A DNA stretch of 55,075 nucleotides, counting the filler, from Streblomastix strix (lineage: Eukaryota): the NCBI GenBank assembly GCA_008636045.1. It is 3 parts of 3 records of this genome, joined end to end, with 100 filler letters (N's around TTAATTAATTAA, not from the genome) between each part and the next. Parts side by side here need not be neighbours in the genome. Positions count along the whole stretch, not along the records: positions 36,798 to 55,075 come from SNRW01000621.1; 2 more parts are not named here. One strand, written 5' to 3'. Both the position numbers and the translations under genes were made by a program. Shown piece after piece: positions 39,310 through 53,045 of the stretch (position 1 is its first letter; each line of letters starts with the position of its first letter). Below the pieces are notes generated by a model. It saw only the letters and a program-made list of their open reading frames with translations, was not told where the DNA came from and searched no databases.

Positions 39310-40490
39310 GTTATTCAATCTTCTTTCTCATCTAAATGTAACAGTTTCTTTTCAATAAGGTTTATCAAATGACTTCTTACTTTTAATAGTTTATTCATCA
39401 TCATATTTTTGTTTTATTATTTCATTCTCTTTAACTTTTTCATTTTCAATTTTTATTTCTTCGTTAGTTTCAATTTCAAATTCACTCCATCATATGTATT
39501 TTTCGTATGAATAATATCCGAACAAAGAGCTATTATTCGATCCAACTCTTATAATTTCATTATATGAATGCCTTGAATCAATTAGATCTCCATCATCCGA
39601 TATATTTCATATTTTAGATTGTTTTCTTTTACTAATTCTTCTCTTTTGCGATTTTTCTAATTTCTCCAGAAATAATAAGTCTTTGTTGTATTTATGTTAA
39701 AATTGATGATGATGAGGAAGAAGAAGATGATGGTGATGAAAAAGATTAAGCAGAAGATGAAGAAACTAATTATGATGAAAATTCTTACATAGTAGTCTAT
39801 ATGTGCATAATATAATGATGATTAAACAATAAAGCCTCATTGTTCACATTTTATTTCTTATTTAATATCTTTGATCAATACCTCTTTATTTTCTTTTTCA
39901 ATTTAATTATAAATATCTATATTTGTTTCTTTATTATTATTAATTTTTTATATTTCAATCTCAATCTTCTATTTTCTTTCAATTTTATTTAATTTGCTTT
40001 TATTATGACTTTTTTATCTTTCAATTTTGTTTAATTCCTTTACATAATCTTTCAAAAATTTTATCTCTATTTGTACTCCACTACTTATGAAGATCTTATC
40101 AGAAATTTCTGTTTTGCTTTCATTTATGTCATTTTTTGTTATGTTTTCACTGATAAATTCTGAAATTAAAGCATATCTATGATCTTAATTATCTGGATCT
40201 ATTCCAGCCTTTCAAAAGGATCCCATGAAATAGAAAAAAATAAAATAAATGTATATTTATTAAATTTATTTATAATTATATTTTTATTATCTCACTGTCA
40301 AGTGTATGGTAAACTGCGGACTTTAGAGCTTCAACCAATGTCTTTCGAAACGATGCAACGTCTCTTTTGATTGCGTACCTGAATACTTCCTATAACCTTT
40401 GCTTCAGAATAGCGTTCACTCCACAATCAAGAGGCTGTGTTATATGCGAAGTATGAATGGGATTGAAACTGCAAATAAAAGCCCTATGGA
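39310..40490 (-). pseudogene. pogo/Tc5 (DDE_1) transposase C-terminal remnant
   Basis: Frameshifted IP.HTSHI.QPLDCGVNAILKQRL matches the PxxTSHxLQPLD motif. Coiled-coil and charged segments with stops follow. Confidence 0.7.
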
Positions 40491-41332
40491 TTTTAACTTT
40501 TAGGCTATAAGCTAAATTAATTTCCATTAACATGTTTCAACTTAAATGTCAAGGAAAATAATAATAAATTTTACTAAAATTCATTAATTTTCATTATTTA
40601 TTAATAAAACTGAAACCAAATTTAATTTCATTTTTAAAAATCAATTCAAACCATCTATATTTCATCTCTAACTGTAATCTTATATCAAAAATGCATAATA
40701 AAGTCTTTAAATAAAATAATTTAAACTTGATTCTTTAATTTTATTTCCTGAAATTAATACTTATTGCAATAATAATATGTTAATGCATAAATAATAATTA
40801 GATATACTAAATCAACAATAAATAAATTAGAATTTAATCTTCTACATTCAAGATAAAATTATCTTGTAATCAAATCATGTGATAATAATAATCTTGCTTA
40901 CCTTCACGAATGAGCTTATATTATACAAAAAATAAATGCAAAATTTGGTATCAACAAGAAGACATAAATTATTTTCATTTTTACACTCAAATTTATTATA
41001 ATCAATTCAATAACTTTACAAAAATACAAAAATTAGTAAATTTCAGTTAAATGATTAAAATATAAGACGTACCTGCCATTTTTTTTTAAATTGATAAAAG
41101 TCTAATCCAATTGGGAAACCCTTGTATAATTTTTAAATGGTAAAAAGTCGTAATGATAAATTCATCTTAAGTGCATTAATTTTATAACTGCTAATGTTCA
41201 AAGAAAGGAGGAAAATTAAAAAATAATAATAAATAAATTTTAAAATTTAGACTAAATAAAATAAAAGTTAAAAATTGAGAAATTGAAGAAATAATTTCTA
41301 ATCTATTCAGCCACATAGAAAAAAAAATAACC

Positions 41333-41662
41333 ATGGGCATTGGAATTTGGGACGTTATCGTAATCATCTTTTGCATCTTCTTTCCACCTATTGCTGTGAT
41401 ACTGATGCACTTCAGTGTGTTCTGTCGGCTTATTTTTGAGTTTCTTTATTTTTTTACCACTCGCAGTCCCGCAAGTGAAGAAGGGATTCGACTTCCTGCT
41501 GTGGCTGATTATAACGATAATTTGTACGATCTTTGCATGGCTCCCCGGTATTATTATCGCTTTCCTCATCTAGTATGCGCATTTTTTATAATTTTCGAGA
41601 TTAAGTCAATATTTTATCCTCTTCTTTCTATTTTTCAATGTAGCTTTGGTGTATGTGGATGA
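41333..41662 (+). CDS. PMP3: Pmp3/RCI2 (UPF0057) plasma-membrane proteolipid, 68 aa
   Basis: Removing two GT-AG introns gives MGIGIWDVIVIIFCIFFPPIAVILMHFIPQVKKGFDFLLWLIITIICTIFAWLPGIIIAFLIYFGVCG*, with the family signatures FFPPIAV and WLPGII. Confidence 0.85.
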   Translation: MGIGIWDVIVIIFCIFFPPIAVILMHFSVFCRLIFEFLYFFTTRSPASEEGIRLPAVADYNDNLYDLCMAPRYYYRFPHLVCAFFIIFEIKSIFYPLLSIFQCSFGVCG

Positions 41663-42320
41663 ACATGATATTTACAACAAATGCCCACATAAATATACAC
41701 CAAACGAACTATTCATTAACGAGGGAAGCAATCGTTTTTAAATTTCGTAATATTTTTTCACATCGTCTCCCAGCAATATAGGCTTTGTAGAATATCACGA
41801 AACATTATTTTTGAGTAGTAATACAAAATAATTTTAATAATAACAATAAAATATTTTAATATTTTTTCACAAAATTCTATATTTTTTAATATTCAACAAT
41901 ATAATTTGTCTATTGTTTTGATATAACTTATAAATGATGTGAATACCAAGAAAATTTCATTAAATGTCTTGATTTTCCATTATTTTTATAAATTATAATA
42001 ATTTTGATTGGTTTTTATCTGTAATTTCATAAAGTTCCAATAATTTTATTTTTTCATAATGTTACTTAGATTATTGTATCATCAAATTTGTTTGTTTATT
42101 CACCCATTACTGCTACCAGTCTAGTAATTTATTATTTATTTATTTTGATAAATTTTTCTAGCATTGCGGAAATTATCTATATTATTTATTAACAATTTTT
42201 GTTGGACATTAATTTAAGTAATTTCATTTTCACAAATTAATTAGATTTTAAATGTTTATTTCCGTGTATTTAATATTTTTTTTTATTTTTCACAAATTTT
42301 AGTTTTTTTATAGTTTTCTT

Positions 42321-45300
42321 ATGTAAAATATTCTACCAAAAGGCTAAAAGCAGCATGTCTGGAGCGATTGTATGATATTTTTATCTAGTTTTATTTAACC
42401 AACAATATTTTTTTATTTTTTCTTTTTAATTTATTAATTCAGTTGAATATATCAAAGAACTTTCAAGTGGTGCATTCGGCTGCGTTTTACAGATGAAATT
42501 GAAGGAATCTGGAGATGTTGCGATTATTAAACGTTTTCCCTATGTTAATCCAGAGTAGAAACGAATGGCTGATGAAGAAGTTGAGGTACAGAAAAGAATT
42601 CAATCGAGATATGTTGTGTAATTCATTGAAGCATTTCCATTAGATAAATTTCTTTGTATTGTCATGGAATTTTGTCCTTAAAACCTTCGAAATGAAATGG
42701 ATAATGAAATGAAGCAAATGACAATCAAAGATAGGAAATAAGTATTCAAATTACTAATTATTATTCATTCTTTGATTTAATTTAACTCATACTTATTTAT
42801 TACAGCATTCATACAAACACATGTTCTACATCCTGTCTGGTCTGCAAGTTCTTCATTAATTGGGTATTACTCACCAATGTTTAAGTCCAGAGAATATTCT
42901 GGTTGACAAAGACGGAAATGCAAAATTATGTTTGTTTATTCAATTCTTTATTATTTTTATTATTTTAATTATTCATGTTTCATTTTAATTGAACTCATTT
43001 ATGTAGCTCACTTTGAATCGTCTTTGAATAGTTAATACGCCAATTATCTGAGAGCCATTGAAACAAAGTATAAAAATAAGAATGAAATTTATTTTAAAAA
43101 TATTTTGTAATATAAATATTTTATTCATGAATTTTTCAATTATTGTTTGTATTTTTATTTTATTATTAATTATAAACCAGAATTTACACTTCACCCGAAG
43201 CATTTATTCTTGATAAGTATGAATATTATAGAATAGAATAGAATAATAATTATTTATTGGTGAAATTTATTCATAATTAGCATTTTGTTTATATTTTTTA
43301 TTATTATCATTATTTATATATATTTATTAGGATAACTGCTGAATGTAACATCTGGTCTGTTGGTGTGATTACCATAGAAATGATTACTGGGAAGTATCCA
43401 TTTGAAGGATAAACACAATAAGAGACAATTAGGAACATTTTTTCTGGGTAATATTTGCCACTTCCTGATTATATTGATGGAGAATTGAAAACAATGCTTA
43501 TTAATATGCTGAACATGGTTTGTATTGTGTTATAATATATATAATTCTTATATTTTAATATCTTTAATTTTTGTTGTATTTATTATTTCCTAATTTTTAT
43601 TTATAATTCATTATCCAGGATCCAAATCAAAGACCTTCAGTAGAATAACTTCTTAGTTCTGAACTTATGTAATAATAAGCATAAATGGAGAATAATACCA
43701 AAATTGAACCCTAAATAAATGATGATAATATTGATATGGACAGCCTAAAAAGAATATAAGATGAATAAAATCCATTTTCCAGGGTCGTTTCATCTGCTTA
43801 ATTGTCCCAATCTCTTCCAAATATCAAATAGTTCCAATAATCAAAGTTAAAATAAACAATCTTTCATAAAATTAGCAAATCTTCATCAAATATTCCACAG
43901 AAATCTTCTCTTACAAGTTTTGATATAGATCAATAATTACTGGATCTAGAAAGTATTTACACTGATTCATTTATTTAATCTGAAGAAGCAGATTCAGAAA
44001 CCGCCAGCTTATAAACTTTAAACCAATTTCAATAATAATATAATAAATTATCTCAATCTATGTTAAATCGCTCATAACTTGATTCATTAAACAAATAATA
44101 AATAATAAGTTCTTATTAATCAGTATAATATCATAATTTGATTCAGTAGGTTGACGACGATGATATAATGAGGAAAAAAGATGAAAATAGCTGTTTATTG
44201 AGAATAGCTGATGTTCTTAGCCAGAAATAGTCTGAGAATTAGCTTGAATTACAGCAGTTAATTGAAGAGTAGGAAAATGCATGTAAAGAACTGATATAAA
44301 GATTGAAAGACTCTAAAGATATAGATCTTTAACAGGAAGAAGACTTTTTGTTGTTAACTGTTGTACTTGAAGATAAATAGGACGATTCACTTCGACACAA
44401 AATAGTCGATTTGGGAATTGATGAATCACTACTAGTAATCTTTCATAAAAGAAGTCTTGAACAAATAACAAAACCTTTTTCTGAATGTTTCTCCTCATTA
44501 TCAAATCAATCTTCCAATGAAATTAATTAGATTATAATCTCTAAAAATCCATATCCTTCATTATTTCATCTTATCAAGCATGAAAACATTGAAATCGCTT
44601 AAGATGCTTTATTTTCCATCTTAAATTTAATATAAACAGGATCACAAATAACTTCATCAAAAATAAAACATCCACATTTCACTGTAATCGCTGAGTGCAG
44701 AGGAATAGAAAAGATTTATAAACTATTCAAAAGAAATGAAAACAATAAATATATAAGAGATGTTGCAGCATGTTCTATTGGACTATTGTTCAGAGTAAGA
44801 AAAATAGATAATAAGGAAATGTAGAAAGGCATTATAAAATAATTAATCTCAATAATAATTGATCAGGAGAATAACTAATAGAAGAACTCAATTGTCGCAC
44901 TCAATGGACTTGCATAAAATGCTAGTATGCTTTTTATTTATTTATTTTTTTATGATATATATATTAACATTTATAAACTTAATAATAAATCATTTTATAT
45001 ATAATTATTAAATTCTATATTTAATATATTTAATAGAGAATTTCAATGAGATAATGAAAGAGTTGAACTTGGAGGATATTTCCCGAGATTTGGGAAAGAA
45101 CATAGAAGGAAGTGTTGATGAAATGAAGAAGACATAATAATAACAAGAAGGGAATTGCTTATTACTGACAACATTATTGCTGGACAGAAAAGATAATTAG
45201 CTCAGATAAAAAATAATTAACTCGGGGATAGCAGAAACACTCCTTCACATATTCTTGACTAGAAACTTAGAACTCATAACATAACCTTTCTCCAAGCTAT

Positions 45301-46731
45301 TCCACTTATTGACACACCCATCCTCAGATAAAATTAAACTTCTCTTAATCAATTAATAACCATATCCCCCTTTAATCCGTTTATTAAATCATAATGACTG
45401 TGAAATAGTTGAACATGCGATATATTCCATCTCAAACATACTCCATGTTGGATTGAATGCGGAATCACTCAGTTCTCAACATCCACATTTTAATATAATT
45501 TTCCAATCTAATGGAATCAATAAGATATTTAAGTTATTGAATAGAGATGATTTAAAGCAATAGACACCAAGTATAGCAGCTGAATGCTTAGGATTCTTAT
45601 TCCAAGCTCGTGAGATAACAGATGATGTGATGAAATCTACCGTTATAATATAATTAATATCGACATTATATGATCCTGATAATAATTAGAAGAACAATGC
45701 TAAATATGCTCTAATTGGACTTGCTCAAAATAATTGTATGTTTATTTAATATCAATTATTATAAATTATGTTACTTACAATTATTTAATTTATATATTTA
45801 TAATTTAATTAATTTGTTTTTCATCATTTTTTTAAATATTTCATTTTTCATTTATTTTATATTATCATACCAATAATAAAATAGAAAATCTAGCAGAGAT
45901 AACGAAAGATATTGATTTAGAACAGATTGGAAAGAATTTGAGAATGAAGATTAAAGGAAGCGAATAAGAATAAAAAGATATTAAAGCCCAATAAGAAGGA
46001 GATTGCCTTCTATTAATATCAATCTTAGATAATCGAGATGATGATAAAATTAGACTGAAAATTGTTAATTCAGGAATAGTTGAATCTCTGCTGCTAATCT
46101 TTCTTAATCGAAGCTTAGATTTAATATATCAACCATTCACTGAGCTCTTCTTATAAATAACAGATGCAGAAGATTAAATCAACCAACAAATATTCGCTAA
46201 GAATCCATATCCTTCACTGCTCCATTTACTTGATCATGAAAACTATCAAATTGTAGAAGATGTTATACTCTCTATCGTCAATATTCTTACTTCAGGTTCA
46301 AATACAACATCAGTTTAATCTCCGCATCCTCATTATGATGTAATCCAAGTTAATAGAGGAGCAGAAAGGATATATCAACTATTCAAAAGAACAGATATAA
46401 AGAAAGATCTGAAAGATTCAGCAGCTGAATGTTTAGGCCATATTTATAAAGCTCGTTAAATTAATAATGATGAAATGAAAGAAGAAATTATCAGTCATCT
46501 GGAATCGATGTTAAATGATACTGAGGATGATAATAAAGATAGAATCAAACAACTGCTTCTGGTATTCATACAGAAATAGTGATTGTATGCATTAAATAAT
46601 ATATAAATGTTTAATATAATAATATTTAAGAAAATTTTTATATTTATTATTATATATAATATTCGTTATCTGTATAATATATTTAGATAATGTCACTGAG
46701 GTCGTGAAAATAAGATTAATATAAGCATTGA
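42321..46731 (+). CDS. NEK-like pseudokinase with three tandem ARM-like helical modules
   Basis: DFEYIKELSSGAFG, IIKR and LCIVMEFC are present, but HRD reads HQC, DFG reads HFE and DIWS reads NIWS. Three ~190-aa units (GIxESLL.IF..R.L...KNPYPSL..LL.H...HPHF....NG..KI..LF.R...AA..G.LF.AR.I...LAQN) are each followed by an intron. Confidence 0.75.
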
Positions 46732-47298
46732 TATTTAATTATTTAATTATTTTATTATTTCATTGTATTTGTATAAAATATATATATTTATTAATCTTTT
46801 ATATCATTTTTAATAATTTTTCTTTAATAAATTCATGCATTATTTCACTTTTAAACTGGCAATTTTCTTTTTTTGTCATTAATAATTTTTATTTTTAATA
46901 ATGTTAATATTGATATCACTATCCAAATTATTTAATTTTTATTCTATAAATCTTTTTAATGCTTTTTATAAAATTTATTTTTGAGAGTATTTTATTTAAA
47001 AAATGAGATATTATACATATTTATTAATTATATTCGTTATAAAAATATTCTTTTTTGTACTTTTCCTTTTTAAATTTTCTAATCATATCATGTTATATTT
47101 AATAAGATGAAATACATCAACATATCAATTTTGTATAAATCCTGACCATATTTTTAATTGTAAACTAACCAAATCAAAATATATTTAAAACTAGTTAAAA
47201 AAACACCGAATTAATATTTATATTTAAAACTCATAATAAAAAATATAAGTTAAGTCCTCTGTCAGTTGCAATATCTCGAAGAAAATGATTTTTATGCG

Positions 47299-48101
47299 AC
47301 GCATCAAATTATTCAGACGCATTCGTAATATAAGCAAGAACGTCAGTATCAACAATGTTTGAATTAATGGGAAGGGAAGAAAAGGAAATAAGAAATAAAG
47401 TTATAGAATAACGAATGTTGAGACCAGTTGCATATACAAGGAAAGTTATCAGAGAAGTGACAATCTGGAAAATGGAGTAGCTACTTGACTACATAGTAAA
47501 GCTTAGTGGGTAAAGGGATGAAGAAAGTTTAACAGTTAATGGGTTAAGGAGAGTAGTTATAACTATATTTATGGTATATTCTGTCTTAAGATTATCGGAA
47601 CTATAAATAGCTATCCCAAATATAAGGTAAATAGAGTAGGGAATAATAATAATATGCACGAATCTGCTTAAAGGTAAAAGAGGAAGAGTAGAAGTAACAT
47701 TGAAAAGAGTAAGTAATAAAGCAGTATGTCCAATCACATGGTTTCAAGCATGGAATGAGAAGAGTAAGACCAAAATTACAGATAAAGATTTATTATGGAG
47801 AAACAGCCAAAATAAAAGAGCACTAACACCAGAAGAATGTAGCAAGGAAGTGCACATAGTCTTGAGTAACGCAGGCATTGATAAGAAATTCTCAGTAACA
47901 ACAATAAGAAAGGTGGCAATATCCGCAATGCAAAATAAGGACAAAACTAAGATAGAAATAGATAGATGGAGTAGGCATAGCGAGTCAGTGGATACAATGT
48001 GAGAGAATTATGACGTTAGCAACAATGATAGCATATGGAAAGCGCTATCCGAATGCGTCTCGGCTAGAGAAGAGGGTGAGATGAGTGAGTTAAGTGAGTG
48101 A
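47299..48101 (+). pseudogene. Tyrosine recombinase of a DIRS-like retrotransposon (5'-truncated, internal TGA)
   Basis: YSVLRLSEL (catalytic R), VCPITWF, TTIRKVAIS, IDRWSRHS and TM*ENYD (catalytic Y). TGA at 48000-48002; purine-rich coding strand. Confidence 0.8.
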
Positions 48102-48618
48102 GGTTTTATTTATTATATAATGTAATATTAAATAAGTGTGATGTAATAATAAATGATAAATGATGAAATGTTTGAATGTTGAATTAATTGATAATAAATG
48201 TTTTAATGTTGAAATTAAATAACAAATAAATCTAAATCTAAAATAATATAATATAGTATAATAAATTAAATAAATATAATAATAATTTAACGTAAATATA
48301 TATGAAATGAGAAAGAATTAATGAAACATAATATAATGCAATATAATATGTTATGATATAACTTAATGAAACAATGAATTATATATGAAATGAAAAAAAG
48401 AAATATGTATTATACAAATAACAAACACTTTACCAAATATACATAATAAAACTAAGGAGAATATTATTCACCCGGTACACTTTCCTCCAAAAGGGGGGAT
48501 TTAACTAGACCGGAGGCTATAAATATATAAACCTAATGAGAATTATAAATCATACACTTATATAAACTATATAATATCATACGTCGTTCATTCTTTAAAT
48601 ACTGCATATGTGCAATAA

Positions 48619-48920
48619 AGAGGTCAGCTCGCCTTATGCAAGGTGGGTGACATAATCCGAAATGAAATGTAGGGTTATGGAACACCCCTTGTAATAAGGC
48701 GAGCTGACCTCTCCCACCCTTCGCAACTGCGTTGCGCTCCCTTGGAAGAGGAATGAGTACACAGAGGCCAGCGAAAAGATGGAAGGGAAATGAATGAATT
48801 AAAAGACGAGCTGAACCAGATGCGAAATGTGTCCCAGTGGGCGGTGTTTTTCCTAAGAAGAAAAGTTTGGCGTAAAAAAAATTTTTTGGCGTAACTGTTA
48901 AAAAAGATTGGCGTAGAGAT
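48619..48920. mobile_element. GC-rich DIRS-like terminal region with a 19-bp perfect inverted repeat
   Basis: AGAGGTCAGCTCGCCTTAT (48619-48637) pairs with ATAAGGCGAGCTGACCTCT (48694-48712); it lies downstream of the recombinase. Confidence 0.6.
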
Positions 48921-50524
48921 CAAAAATATATTAACGAAAGTATTACAAGAAAGAATTTATAATTATAAACCAAAATTAATGATAAAATAAAGTTTATAAA
49001 TTAATTATTTATTGCTTAATATCAAAATTGAATAGATACTTAGTTAAAACAGATATAAAATTTAATTATTTTCTAAATTTGGAGCAATCGGAGTATGATA
49101 GTGAAAAAATAGTTATAGAATCGTTTGAGTATGAAATATATGTAATTAAAATAAAGTATAAATCATAAAATGTATATGAATTGCAATAAAATTTAATAGG
49201 AATATACAAATAGCTTACAAGAAATAAATTGTTTTTGGTAAAAAAAATTTTTTTGAAATATTTACCTACATATCATTATTTGCAATAGTTTATTTCATAA
49301 ATGCTTTAATACTAAAAATATTGAATTGTTAAAGTATTAAACGTAAATTAATATGTAATGATAAATAAAAAAACTCATCAAATAATGCATTGAAATATCC
49401 CATGTGTCATTTGTTATAATTGTGAATTAAATTTGATATATAATGTATAACAAATACATTTTGATTGTAAATACACCAAAATTCCAACAATGTCAAAATA
49501 TTTAAAATTCCTTGAATCAATTCTATAAAAATATAAAAATTGTATAAAATTTAATTTAATTACTCATTTGAAAAAAATAAATTACTTTGTTATAATATTA
49601 AGTAGCATGTTTTAGCCTAAATTCACAAAGAAGATTTATTTCCATTTTTCGCTTAATCCTATTTGTCAAATTATTTTTAATTCATTCTAATTTAACAACA
49701 TTCTTTATATAATATTTATTTCTATCATAGTACAAACAATTTCCATATTGCAACATTATAATCGAATTTTTTGATTTCAATCATTATTTTTAACTTAAAT
49801 TTTTAAAAGAATATTTAAATAATTTAATATTTGCACTTTAAGCTCAAATATACAATATTGGACAATTAATTATTAAATAACGGCTAGAATTACTTGATGA
49901 AATTAATTCCTACAAAAATTGCAAATATATCTTAATTGCACTTTATCTTCCTTCTTATTTTTATTGCAAACCAACAATATTCTATGGTAGTACTTCATTT
50001 CATTTCAAACTAATTAAAATTTTACACAATCAACATACATGAATTTTTCATCAAATTTTTTTGAGTTAATTTTTCTATTTTTTTAGTTAGACGAAATATA
50101 TTGCTTATTTTTATATGAATATCAACATTTAATATATTTATTCTTTATTTTTTTTTGATAAATTTTTGAATTTTATTCATTTTACAATAATTTGTCAAAT
50201 TTTATATTATTTTTACAACTATGATTGAAATAAAAACTTAATTTACATAGCTTATATAAGATTTATATTTTATTTTATTAATTTAAAAGATATATATACG
50301 AATTTGTTAATAAAATTTCTTAAACATGTCTTGATCATTTGATAAACTTGAAATTGTAAGTTATTTTGAATTATTTCAAAATTCAGTATTTTTTGAAAAT
50401 TTAAATCATTTAATTAATAATAATTTTAATAATCCTATTTTATAAAAAATGAAATGTTATATTGTTCCATAATATGACTAACATTTTTATTCAATTGATT
50501 TGCTAATTTTTAATTGCATTATTT

Positions 50525-51965
50525 CAATCAAATTTAAAAGATTGAATACTTTCAAAATTTTAATCAAACTCATTCAATTCAAAATCATCCTCTTCATTTA
50601 AATCTTCAACTTATTCATCATCAATTAAATAGATTTCTTTAATTGAAACTGCTCTGCTGGAAATTGCTGTCTAATCATTGAATAATTTCTCAAGTTATTA
50701 ATTATTCAACTTTTTAGACTCATTGTTACAAATGTTCATAAGATATTACAATGTTTATTAAAAAATTTTATTCCTTTCTCTTCTTTTTATCAGTTTCATC
50801 TAAGAAACCATCTTTCTGGAAATGCGTTAGTAAGTGGAAGCGTTAAGGCTATTTGAGCAAGAATTCTGATTATTGAATATCTCACAAATGTTAATTCAGA
50901 AAAGGTTCTTGCACACATTTTTCTTCATATCTAGTCTTTGAAACCTTTTGGATGGTTGTTCCGAAATTAATTCCTTTATATTAATGTAATTTTCTGCAGC
51001 ACATACTTCATTTGACTCTCTTTCCCGCTAACTTACTATTCCTTTAAATAAAATATATTTATTTCTTCTTCTTTTGTCTTTTCAATATCTTTCTTTATTA
51101 ATATAATCTCATTTATTATTGCATCCTTATCGGAAAATATTAATTTCACTTCTTTAGCTTATAAGTTTCTTTCCAATTATCTCCAAAAAGCTTTAACCAA
51201 ATTAATTATATAGTTATCTCCATAATTATACATTGATTCAATTGAAGAAGGGGAGCGGAAAAGATTGAAAAATGATAATGCGGTAATAATTGGCGCATCA
51301 TTAAATCTAAATTGAATGGATTCAATAGATAATTATATGTATTTTTGCTTGCATTTAGTAACCTTCAACATATCCTCTTAATTAAGATCATTTATCAAAA
51401 AAATATGGTGATTTACAGCTAAGTATGCATCTTCTATTCATATTCCGAAAATTTATGTTAAAAGTTGAATACGTACTGATTTGGACTTAAATCTTAATTC
51501 AATTTAGTTTCAATTGTTGTTTTTGCTTATTTTTAAATAAAGTGTCCAGTTATTTTTATTTGAATCATCGATTTAATTGATATTCTCTAGCTGTCTCCGT
51601 TTATCAATGCAACCTTCAATATCTGTTTCAATTTGATCAATTGAAAATTCTGCCATCTGTATCTGCTTAGATGTGACTGAGAGTAATTCCAAAATTTGAT
51701 CCATTATGAATAGAGATGTGATAAATTTCTTTTAAGTTGTTAAATTTAATAATCCAACAGCGTTTGAGTTTCGATAATTTACGAGTAAATCTAAAGTTTT
51801 CAATGTAGAAATTAATTCCATTTTCCCAGCCGATACTGATTTATAACGTTACAACTGTCTTGTTTGATAAATTCTTTTCAGGGAAATTTGTTCAGTTTCA
51901 TCAGTTGTGTGTATTTATGCTAATATGGCAGCATTCTTCGGAGACGATGAAATGAAGTGCCACAG
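50525..51965 (-). pseudogene. hAT (ZNF862-like) transposase pseudogene
   Basis: HFISSPKNAAIL..ISLKRIYQTRQLQRYKSV, and C-terminal RILAQIALTLPLTNAFPERWF..MKLIK..RNK; several frameshifts and stops. Confidence 0.7.
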
Positions 51966-52117
51966 TTATAAAATTTTAAAGATTTATTATATTAAATTTA
52001 AATTTTTATTTCAAAAATAAAAGTTATCTACCCTTGAATTCAGCAAATAATTACCCAGATGAAGTTTGATTTTATTAATTTATGCATTTATATATTATTT
52101 ATTGTTTTATTTTGAAG

Positions 52118-52558
52118 AGAATGGCATAGAAAGTGGAGATTGTTACATATATTGTCAATTAACTAAGAAATAATTATCCAAATGCTAAAATCAATGCAGA
52201 GATCAGAAATCAATTCAAGAATATGAAATACGAACTCGATAAACGCCCTGAAATTGTTGAAATTGCCATTCAAGCATCAAAGAATGTTGGTGTTGTACCT
52301 TTTCTTCTTAAAATTCGTGGGGGACTGATGGTTCTAGGTCATGCTATTTATTCTTTAATTGTATTGTTTTTATCAGATTTTATTGATATTTCTTACTTTT
52401 ACAGACTTACTGAGAAAGGATTATTATGTCCTAACATTTTCGCTGGATGTGAGCATTTTCATAGCCGAACTGAGTTAGTACCTATAAATTCAATGGATAA
52501 AGCTACTGAAGTTGTTTTTGAGATCGTTCGACTGTTCTTAGAATCTAAGAAAAAATGA
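52118..52558 (+). pseudogene. pepT: Peptidase T (M20B tripeptide aminopeptidase) C-terminal fragment
   Basis: QFKNMK..PEIVEIAIQA...IRGG[T]DGS|RLTEKGLLCPNIFAGCEHFHSRTELVPINSMDKA. One base is missing in RGGTDG near 52324; intron about 52338-52403; the 5' part is absent. Confidence 0.8.
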
Positions 52559-53045
52559 TTTAGATTTTATTTCAAAATTCTTATCATTCAATTCATTAAG
52601 ATAGTCAATTTCAATGTTGTTTTCCATTCAATTAATATATATTCAATTATTAATCATTCTATGTTTGTTCAAACATATTTTTAAAACTTATGAACTGAGA
52701 TAATTTTTCCTTTTATTTTCAATTTTTCAAACTTAATTTTTGCCGTTTCCACTGCTTGATAGTTAAATAATTTAATATATTTTCAAACAATAATTAGTTT
52801 TAATTTTATTAAAAATAATAAATATAATTAATTCTTTTTCAAATTCTTTTGAATTCATAAATTTAATTTAAGACTTAATTTCTTACTCAATTGTAATATA
52901 ACACTCATGAAAAACATTTATTCCTATTTAAATTTTATTAGTATATTATTTAATAGTCAAACTTAAATATACTTTCAATATTTTGATATAAAAACTGAAT
53001 TTTTATTTTTAATTTTTATTTTTAAATCTTTTTCTCTCTAGAGAT

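Noticed and set aside
48600..48860. Possible hammerhead ribozyme in the DIRS terminal region
   Set aside because: No CUGANGA core paired with GAAA in a three-stem arrangement.
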